Shown here one piece after another: positions 50,400 to 64,000 of a stretch of 64,000 nt of DNA; the stretch's first letter is position 1; each line of letters opens with the position of its first letter. The notes beneath the pieces were generated by a model. That model was not told the origin of the DNA and did not search any database. It saw nothing but the letters and a program-made list of their open reading frames with translations. A program made the position numbers and the translations under genes. Source of the stretch: the human T2T-CHM13v2.0 reference genome, Homo sapiens; assembly GCF_009914755.1 (NCBI RefSeq), contig NC_060939.1; one strand, given 5' to 3'.

Positions 50400-50745
50400 G
50401 AAGTGTGTTCTGTGCTTTGTGATGCACTAAGTACTTTCAAATCCACTCTCTCAGACCCAGGGTCAACATTATTATTTCCATTTTACATAGGAGGAAACGG
50501 GAGGAGGAATAAGTGACTTGTCCAAGGTAACACAGCCAAAAAATAGCCAGGGATCAGTACTCAGACCCAAGTTGTGACTTCCTGTCAGGACCAAGAGGCA
50601 GCCTGCTGTGGCGCAAAAGTTGGACCTGGGTTCAAGTTCTTCTCTTCCACTTGCAGGCTGTGAGATTTAACCCCAGTCTTGGTTGTTCCCTGTAAAGTAG
50701 GATGGAAGTGTTATGAAATGTAATGGACACATAAGCAATGCTTGG
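50400..50745. mobile_element. Two opposed MIR fragments overlapping RLBP1 exon 2
   Basis: ccattttacataggaggaaac...aagtgacttgtccaaggtaacacagc (one orientation) and gacctgggttcaagt...ccacttgcaggctgtga...ctgtaaagtaggat (the other). Confidence 0.6.
50567..50689 (-). other. RLBP1: RLBP1 non-coding exon 2 (123 nt)
   Basis: Acceptor catcctactttacag|ggaac, donor ttgg|gtctga; boundaries agree with recalled RLBP1 5' UTR sequence. Confidence 0.65.
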
Positions 50746-51059
50746 TTACCAGAACAGGTCCCATTCATGGCCCACATGACAACCTGCTTCCCCAGTGGGT
50801 ATTTTTGGAGACAGCTCTTCTGTTTCCAGGTTTTCTCTCCTGCCTAAATGTCCTGCCTAAGTGCCTTCAAGAACCCTTCACCATCCTGCTCCTGCATGTG
50901 ACCAGGTTCCATGGTCAGTTCAATCACCTAGTCACAGTTGGTAAGTGACAGAGTTGGGACTTGAACCTATGCCTGCCTGACACCAAGTCTTTTTTTGACA
51001 CCTAGAGCCAAGACATCTGAAGACAAACTCCCTAGGAGAGCTGGCGTCATAGAAACCTT

Positions 51060-51245
51060 AAAGGTTAGGGAGACCTGGGTTTGAATCAGGCTTTGTCAGT
51101 TATGACTTGTGTGACCCTAGCAAGTTATTTAACTTTTCTGGGTCTCAGTTTCCTCATCTGCAAACTGAGGATAATAACAGTACCTACCAAAAAGAACTGT
51201 CATGAAAACCATATAATTTCTGCAATGCTCCTGGCACAGTGTCCT
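51060..51245. mobile_element. MIR
   Basis: agacctgggtttgaatc...tgtgaccctagcaagttatttaac...ctcagtttcctcatctgcaaa. Confidence 0.85.
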
Positions 51246-51789
51246 GTTCTAAAGCATAGTTCCCCTTCTCTTTCTTAGCTCCATATTGATTATTACCCTA
51301 ACTTGCACAAAGAGACTTGGAGGACCCCCATAGAGTATCGGAGGGTCCCCCATTTCCTGCTCTTTCCACTCCACACCCCCAGCAAGCACAGGGAAGTTCT
51401 GGGGGCCATAATCCACCCACAGGAACCAAATCTAAGCCACCTTTCTGGCTGGTAGACATCCAGGTATGTGGGCACAGAGGTAGACAGGCTGAAATGCTGC
51501 TGTGCTATCAGTTGGGTTTTGCTGGAACAGGAATGGAAATGGAGAGGCTGACAGAACTGCCCTGGGGAGCCCAGGCAAGAGGGACAGTGGCTGGACACCC
51601 CCAGCCAGTTGTGCAGACCATCAGAACAAGATCCTAGATTTTAGGAATACAGGGTTCAAGTCCGTGCGGCAACTCTTTTCTAAATATGCCCAAGCCATTA
51701 ACTTTGAGTTTTAAAAATACTGATTTACAAGCTGTACACAATGAAAAAATGCCTATCCCTCACACCATGCTGATGCTGTTCCCTGCCAT

Positions 51790-52225
<436 letters not shown>

Positions 52226-52364
52226 AATTGGTCTGGCTCAACCTGGAGAATGGCCAGGTGGTTTCAGTTTTACAGGCATCTTGGGACGTGGTCTCCCTGC
52301 TCCCCTGAGTCCTCACCCCAGTCCTGGGCTCCCTGGCCCAGGCAAGCCCCAGGTATTGACTTAC

Positions 52365-52450
52365 CTGCCAGGTCGGCAGCTCCTCCTTGGGGCTACCTGG
52401 TACCTGAATGTCCTGGAGCTCTAGAGGTTCCCTCCGCTGGAGGCGTGGTC
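52365..52450 (-). other. RLBP1: RLBP1 non-coding exon 1 (TSS approximate)
   Basis: Consensus donor ggcag|gtaagt (plus-strand acttac 52359-52364); 5' end not determinable from sequence. Confidence 0.7.
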
Positions 52451-52900
52451 CGGTCAGCAGGTTGGGATTAGTGTGTCATAAGGAACTTCTCACCGCCCAC
52501 AGTTTCCGTTAAATCGGGCTCACAGGAGGCCCTCAGTGGGGCAAAGGAAGACCCAGAGAGAAAGGGGAGAGGGGAGAGGCCTGGGCCTGGCTGGAGGCGC
52601 ATCAAAGCCCTCCTTTGTGTGCTCCTGCTCTGGAGTTCCTGCTCGGCCATGTGGAAGCCCGGCTGTGGGGCTGGGATCTGGGCCAGTCCCATTCCCTCTT
52701 TTCTCTGCCCTCTTTCTCCTCAAGATCCCGGGGTGGGGTTGCTGAGAGAGCACCCCCCCCCCCCCACCACCACCACCAGGGTAATAAGAGGTGAAGGGAA
52801 ATCGTAAATATGACTACATCTACAGTGGCAGCTCTGGCAAATCCAGGCCTATTGCCCACCCCTCCCCCAGCCAGCAGGACCTGGCATGGTAGTTTTCACC
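52451..52900 (-). promoter_or_regulatory. RLBP1 proximal promoter
   Basis: Repeat-free GC-richer DNA upstream of exon 1; TAATCC (OTX2/CRX-type) at 52465-52470; inverted SOX-like pair tcaaag-n5-ctttgt at 52602-52618; C-run near 52753-52766. Confidence 0.7.
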
Positions 52901-53869
52901 TCTGCAGTGAGTGGGGTCAGTTGAGAAATGTGGCTGGTTAAGGCCAAGCAGGGAGAGGACAAGACAGGCTGAGCCTCCTTCTGGGCAGTGTGGTGCAGTG
53001 GCATGCCCTGGAACCAGACTGCCCGCCTGTAAAGCCTCGCTCGAGCATCTTCTGGCCGGGAAACATGACTTCAAAACTCATCGGCTCAGTTTCCTCCTCT
53101 AAGAAGTGTAGAAAACTAGAGGACCAGGCTCATGACTTTAGTGCGGATGAAATGGCAGTAAAGTGCTTAGTTCAGGGGTTTAGCTGCCTGACAATAAGTC
53201 CTCTGGAAAGGTCAGTTACTCCAAATACAGTATCAATAGGTGCCTAACTGGAGGGAACTTATTATTCAATCCTTTGTACAGGAAGAAACCCCTCTGCAGC
53301 CTCTCAACAGGTAACTTCCCAGCCTCTGTTTTGCTATTCCACTGGATGAGGAGGAGGTAATTCCTGTAGAACATTTTCTGTCTAGGATTCCAAGGGCGGG
53401 AAGCTCCCTGTTTCCATTACTGGGGAGCTCTCCTTGTTTAAAACCTCATTGTTGGTTTGAGCCCCAAGCAGCTTCCTATAATGACCACCCTTGGTCCTGG
53501 TTTTGCCTCCTAGAGGTGCCCAGGAGAAGGTCAAGCTCCCCTGCACAGGTCGCTCTCCAGAATCCAACCCCAGAAGTGCTTTTTTATTTTCCCTGGACAT
53601 AGTTCTTGCTTTTCCACCCATTCCTACTTTGGCAGGTTTGGGATTTCTTCCCACCACCCCATCTCCTGCCGACCCCTTCCTCCAGAGCAGGCTGCAATGC
53701 CTGGTGCTTAGATCTTGGGGTGCATTTGAGTCACCTTGAGCTCTTTGTTTCCAAAAGCCCTTTCCCTGGGCTCCTACTCTGGCTGCTGTCTGGGTCTTGG
53801 GCTGTTTCTGTCCCAAGTCCTCTGTGGAGCTGGGGATCCTTCATTTATGTCATTCTTCTTCCTGGTGGT

Positions 53870-54612
<743 letters not shown>

Positions 54613-54616
54613 TATT

Positions 54617-56194
<1,578 letters not shown>

Positions 56195-56249
56195 TGATAT
56201 TAGAAAATTTAGAATGACATCTATTTCTCATGGAGCGTGCTGGTCTAAA

Positions 56250-56597
56250 CCTTGCTACTGCTCAGTGTGGTCTAGAAACCAGCAGCATTGGCCTTACCTG
56301 GCAGCCTGTGGGAAATGCAGAGTCTTGGGCCCTTCCCCAGAGAGGCCAAGTCAGAGCCTGGATTGGATTAGGGCCCATCCTAATGACCTCATTTTAACTT
56401 AATTACTTAAAATTACTTAATTTTTAGCCAGAACGGTGGCACAGCTCTGTAGTCTCAGCTACTGAGGAGGCTGAGGAAGGAGGATCTCTTGAGTCCAGGA
56501 ATTCGAGGCTGTAGTAAGCTATGATTGTACCTGTGAACAGCCAGTACACTCCAGCCTGGGCAACACAGCGAAACCCTGACTCAAAAAAACCCAAAAA

Positions 56598-56634
<37 letters not shown>

Positions 56635-56697
56635 AATTTTAATGGAGTTCACCAGGTATAATTCCCCCACGCATATAAAAGTTTGAAAAGCACTGCC
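56250..56697. mobile_element. MER5A-like MITE split by a 45-bp MLT1 piece and an Alu right monomer with (TAAA)n
   Basis: agtgtggtctagaaaccagcagcatt...aaatgcagagt; resumes ...aaagtttgaaaagcactg. Confidence 0.7.
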
Positions 56698-56965
56698 CTA
56701 GAGAATGTCTCCCCTTCTGCTATTCCTGTCTGTGCCCAGCACAGTGGCTTGCCTGACCTGTCACTGCCACCAGCTGGGAGGTTTGGTGGGGAGTCAGACG
56801 GATGACTGCCCTCACCCACCATCCTCTTCCTCTTTGGGACAGGCAAGTGGAGGCTGGGTTGTGAGTGGAGGCAGAGAGGGAGGGTCTCCTGTCCTGATTC
56901 TAGGTCTGGCCCTGCCCAGTATGAGCCACTGACCCTCTTAGGCCTCAGTTGTTTCACCTGTAAGA

Positions 56966-57362
56966 TGCTACATGGGCCAAACTGCATCTGTCCACTCCCC
57001 ACCCACCCAATCCATATGTGGAAGCTCTAACCCCCAGGACCTCAGAATGTGACTGTTATTTACAGATTGTGCCTTTAAAGAGGCAATTAAGTTAAAATGA
57101 GGTCATTAGTGTGGGCCCTAATTCAATATGGCTGGTATCCTTATAAGAAGAGGACACAGACAGTTACAGTGGGAAGACCATGGGAAGACACAGGGAGAGA
57201 ATGCCACCTACAAAGAAAGGAGAAAGGCCGCAGAGGATACTGATTCTGCCAACTCCTTGATCTCAGACTTGCAGCTTCCAGAACGGTGAGAAAACGAATT
57301 TCTGTTGTTTAAGCCACCCGGTCTATGGTACTTTGTGATGGCAGCCATAGCAAACGAATACA
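56966..57362 (+). mobile_element. MLT1B-like MaLR solo LTR
   Basis: TG...CA ends; cctcagaatgtgactg, gttaaaatgaggtcattag, ttctgttgtttaagccaccc. Confidence 0.85.
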
Positions 57363-58678
57363 GATGGGATGATGGTTTTTTCCCCAGGTACTTCATAGAG
57401 TGTGAGGCTCCTTGGAGATAATGAGAATGAGAGCCCAGGCTGCCCCGTGGGAAGGAACCATGAGGGCTCAGAAGAGGCTCTGTCAATGCTGGGTGATAGA
57501 CTCTGTCACAAAGAACATTCCTGTGCACCAAGAACACTTTTGAGTTAATGGCCCAGCCCTGATAGAAGTGGGCTGCACAGAACTTTTCGGGATACTAGCA
57601 GGCCACGAGGTCATTCTGGGGGAGCAGAGCTTTCTGCAGCATTATCTTCTGCTCACAGCCCTTCTAGTGCCTCTAATCTTCCCTCCTCCCTTCCCAAGAG
57701 TCACGCTCACGTCCAGCTCCCCTGGTGGGAACAATAGTGCCTCTGTGAGAGGAGATGCACCCTCATTGGCCCAGACACCTGTGCTGGCAACATTGGCAGA
57801 CAACCATGGGCTCCCTGGCCTGCTGCCCTCTGCCTGGCTGAAGGCGGGGATGGGGATGACTTACATTTGTTGTGCCCCCTTTCTGTACCGTGGCCTGTGC
57901 CCTACCAGCCTTATCTCAGCCAACCCTTCCAGATGTGAGAGAGTATAATCCCCTTTTTCATAGACTAGGATACTGAGAGTCCGGGAGGTGAGGGGTCTTC
58001 CCAAAGCCACACAGCTGGTTAGAAATGGAGTCTCGGCCATTCTAAAGCCCTCTCAGCATTCAACACACAAGGCTCTCCCTCCTCAAGAAGCGAGATCAAC
58101 ACAGGGGTGTCTGCCCAGGGACTTCACACCTGCCCCCTGGCTCCTGGGGAAGGTGACATCATCTGACCCTCCCTGGGAGCAGTTCCAGTGGGCAAGAGTT
58201 TGGTCAATGCAATCCCTTCTTTGGTCAGTAATAATTATCCTGGGATAGGGAGGACCTTATGGAATCCTAGGCCTCAACCTTTCCTTTGAGAAGCGGGAAA
58301 ACCCAAGTCCGGAAACATTCTGCACTTTCCTTAAAATTAAACATGGTAATGAGAGCGAGCAAGCAGTGTCTCTGACCCCTGGGGTGGGCAGACTCTTCGT
58401 GCTCTAAAAAGTTCCCTCCCTCTAGGAGGCACCGCTCATTCCACAAAGAGAGGCCTGCCTGTGTCAGGGGAAGAGTGGGAGGTGCTGGGAATGAGCAAGG
58501 AGGAGCTGAACAATACAGTCTATCAGGATGCTTGTTCCAAGAGGATTTCAGAATTAAGGTGTTTCCACGATCTGAGGAAAAATAAGCTTGCAAACACACA
58601 CAAGTAAAAAGGAAGTGAAGATGGATCCATGGCTGATGCGAGGGATGGATAGATGGATAGATGTGATGAAGCAAGTAG

Positions 58679-59190
<512 letters not shown>

Positions 59191-59445
59191 TAAGCAGCCC
59201 ACAGTTTAGAAGGGGAGAGGCCTGCACAAAATAATTATAAAATAGGGCAAGTTCTACGACAAGACAAAGGTTCTGAAATGATCTATGTGGTAGTGCCAAA
59301 AAATGCTCCACAAAAATGGGGAGTTGTTCTTTGGTTAATTAAGTTTGAGAAATGTTACAAATTATATTGGAAGTTACTAATGAAAGTAAGCAATGCAAAG
59401 GCTCTGAGAAGTCCTGTAGCAAAGAAATCTAGAAAACCAGTTTAG

Positions 59446-59740
59446 GCTGGGCACAATGGCTCACACCTTCAATCCCAGCACTTTGTGGGGCTGAGATGGG
59501 AGAATTGACAGCCTGAGAGTTTCAGACCAGCCTGGTCAACATAATGAGACCCTGTCTCTAAAAAAATAAAATAAATACCTCGATGTTGTGGTTTGCACCT
59601 GTGGTCCCAGCTACTTAGGAGGCCAAGGCAGAAGGATTGCTTGAGCCCAGGAGGTCAAGGCTGCAGTGAACTATGATCTTGCCACTGCAGTCTAGCCTGG
59701 GTGACAAAGTGAGACCCTCTCTCAAGAAAAGAAACAAAAA
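59446..59740 (+). mobile_element. AluJ
   Basis: Dimer; aaaaccagttta TSD. Confidence 0.92.
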
Positions 59741-60371
59741 ACCAGTTTAACTCAGCATTTCCCAAATTTATGAGCCAGTGCAACCCTTTCATGAACAACT
59801 TTGGAACCATTGTTTCTCTGAACATGCTTGGGAATCACTGATAGCTGTGGTCTGTGGAAAGAATCTAGGAGAAGCTTGGAGGGAGAAGACAGCTCTGCTA
59901 GGGGGAATTAGGAAGGGCTTCCTAAAGAAAGTGATTTTCAAACTAACAAAAGAGCAAAAGTTTCACCAGGGAGACAATGTGGAGAAATGGAGTAGGTGTC
60001 CCTGAAAAGGACTCCCAGACAGTAAACAGCACATTTAAAAAATATGGAAAAGTAGGAGTTTGGGTGGTTTGGAGAATTGCAACTATGTAGTATAGTTGGA
60101 GCCTAGGGTTTGGGTAGGAGATAAGTGAAAAGATGAAGGCAGTGGCCAGATCCTTTAGGCCCTAAGATGCTATGTTCCACAATTCAAAGAATTCTGTTTC
60201 AATGTAAATATAAAATAAAATTTGTTGAGCACCTACTATGTACCAGGCCCTATGCCAGGTACTGGGGAAATGTTGCTTTATAAGACAGGGAGTCTTATAA
60301 GGGAGTGCCAAGTGCTATAGGGAGGTCGAGACGGGATTAAACCTGTCCACAGGATTTAAAAACAAGAAGGC

Positions 60372-60912
<541 letters not shown>

Positions 60913-61719
60913 TTACCAGAGGTAAGAGAACGGCAGAGGAATGAATAGGAGATACAGAAACACAGAGAAAGACAATAGATGGCTCCTTCAAGAAATCTGG
61001 CTGAAAGCAGGTGAGAAAGAGGGCAGTAACTGTAAGGGAAGGGGGGCTCCAGGGGGTTGTTTTGTTTAGATGGATGGGGAAGACTTTTCTATCTCCTCCT
61101 TTATTCTCCATAGATGATCTCACTACTTCAAGGGGGCTAAAAATAGGTGCCCTTAGATGGGAACTTGGTTTTAACTCCTCACCACCAAAGGAGAAGATGT
61201 GTTTATGAAAGGGCAGCTGTAGAAAGTTAGAGGTTAAAGACCAAGGTCTGAGAGGGGTGATAGTAAGGTCCTCGCTGAGAGGTGGAAACCTTAAGCAGCT
61301 GTCTCTGTCTCTCCAGCAGAGGGACCAGCCTCGGCCGGGAAGGTGGAACACCCTCCACTGTTACAGGGAGCTGGAGGAAAGAACTAGTGCTGAGGACACT
61401 GAGTTTAAAGACTTGACGGTGGGGAGCTAATGCAAATTTCCATCTGAGGGCAATTATTTTTTTCTCTCTTTTTTGGGGGTGTGGGGGCGGGTCAAGTACA
61501 ACTTCATGAAGAAAGGAAGGATAAACTTACTGGGGAAGATTATCTGACAGTGCTGAAGGCCCACCTGAGACTGGGGCACCCACTTAAACACACGTTACTT
61601 CTCAAGCACAATCCAGCAGCTGAAGTATAGCTCCAACAAGAGAATAGAGCTGGCTTCATACAGGGTTAGGGTTTGCTGAGTGAATGGGATGGAAAGAAAG
61701 GCAAAAGGGGGCAAAAGAT

Positions 61720-62691
<972 letters not shown>

Positions 62692-63312
62692 CTATATAAC
62701 CTTGGAATTGAAGATGAGGAGTCAGAGGCAGTGAAGATTAGAGAACAGGTAGGTGAGAGTAGTTGAGCAGGCTAATTGGATGGTTGAGAGGTTGCTATCT
62801 AAGTAGTGATTTGGGAGGTGGCTTGGGGTATGACCAGGAGAGTGAGTGGCTGAGGTGACATGGAGGAGAAAGTCATGGAGGTGGAGAGGGGAGTGGCCAA
62901 GAGGCCACATGTAGGATGAGAATGATCTAGGATGACAGCAGAATAGGGGCAAAGTAGAAGATGGAGAACAGGTATCCACCTCTCCACAGAAAAGGGCTGA
63001 GATGGCATCTCAAAGGCCCAGTTTGCTGATTATTTATAGACCAGAGAGGTCCACTAGATTTGCAAATGGGCCAGTATTTTTTTAACTTTTTATTTTGACA
63101 TAATTTCAGATTTACAGAAAAGCTGCAAGAATGGTGCACAGAATTCCCACATGCCTTTCACCTAGATGTTAACACTTCATGTTTGCTCTTTCATTCTCTC
63201 AATATATCCAAGTGTATTTTTTTCTAAACTGTTTTAGCATTAAGTTGCAGACATGATGCCCTTCTACTCCTAAATACTTCAGCGTGGACTTCCTAAAAAC
63301 AGGGACATTCTC

Positions 63313-63630
63313 TGCTTTGATCTGAATGCTTGTGGTTCCCCTAAATTCATACACTGAAATCCCAAGCCCCAAAGAGATAGTATTAGGAGGCAGGGGTTTG
63401 GGATTAGTGTCTTTATAATAGAGCACCTGAGAGCTGCCTTGCACCTTCCACCTTGCAAGGACACAGCAAAAAGGTGCCATCCATGGGAAAGTGGCCTTCA
63501 CCAGATACCAACACTGCTGGTGTCTTGATCTTGAACTTCCCAGCCTCCAGAACTGTAAGAAATAAATTTCTGTTGTTTAGAAGCCACCCAGTCCATGGTA
63601 TTTGGTTATTGCAGCCTGAATGGACTAAGA
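63313..63630 (+). mobile_element. MLT1A-like MaLR solo LTR inside an old L1 fragment
   Basis: 5-bp TSD ttctc (63308-63312, 63631-63635); cagcctccagaactgtaagaaataaatttctgttg. Confidence 0.85.
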
Positions 63631-63678
63631 TTCTCTTAATTAATCATGGTGCAATTATCAAAATCAAGAATTGAACAG

Positions 63679-63897
63679 AGCCGAGATTGTGCCACTGCAC
63701 TTCAGCCTGGGTGACACAGTGAGACTCCATCTCAAAAAAAATAAAAAATAAAAAATAAACAAAAATGGCCGGGTGCAGTGGCTCACGCCTGTAATCCCAG
63801 CACTCTGGGAGGCCGAGGCGGGCAAATCTTGAGGTCAGGAGATTGAGGCCATCCTGGCTAACACAGTGAAATCCCATCTCTACTAAATATACAAAAA
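63679..63897 (+). mobile_element. Permuted Alu segment: 3' end of one Alu followed by the left arm of another
   Basis: Right-arm end + A tail + ggccgggtgcagtgg...tacaaaaaaa, flanked by an aattgaacag direct repeat. Confidence 0.88.
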
Positions 63898-64000
63898 AAT
63901 TGAACAGTAACACCATTGGATAATCTATACGATTTAATCAAATATTGCCAATTGTAAGGGGCCAGTTTTTATGTATTACTTTCCACCCTGCTTCTTTTCC

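Noticed and set aside
50750-50870. Possible extra RLBP1 exon ending at ctg|gtaacc
   Set aside because: Weak donor, no convincing acceptor, and not needed to explain the recalled 5' UTR.

Overview
Human (primate) genomic DNA, recognisable as the chr15q26 ABHD2/RLBP1 locus. On the + strand are the last six coding exons of ABHD2 (alpha/beta-hydrolase; GFSLGG nucleophile motif, ADDP and HGGH motifs; stop at 26245-26247) and a ~6.9 kb 3' UTR ending near 33180. On the - strand, converging on it, is the complete RLBP1 (CRALBP) gene: 7 coding exons totalling 954 nt (317 aa), two non-coding exons and a promoter at ~52.4-52.9 kb. The rest is Alu-dense, with MIR, L1, L2, MER1/MER5/MER53 and MLT1 relics. 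No new protein-coding system is supported. The most unusual structures are: (1) an antisense composite retro-insertion inside the ABHD2 3' UTR, in which a processed VAPA mRNA copy is fused directly to an SVA2-type VNTR + 3' unique + poly(A) module and was later hit by an Alu, so the long ABHD2 mRNA should carry ~1.1 kb antisense to VAPA mRNA; (2) three separate local copy-paste events within 56-64 kb, one a multi-template patchwork; (3) an RLBP1 5' UTR exon apparently built from two opposed MIRs. Repeat subfamily names and non-coding exon boundaries rely on recalled consensus/mRNA sequence and are approximate; no database searches were run.
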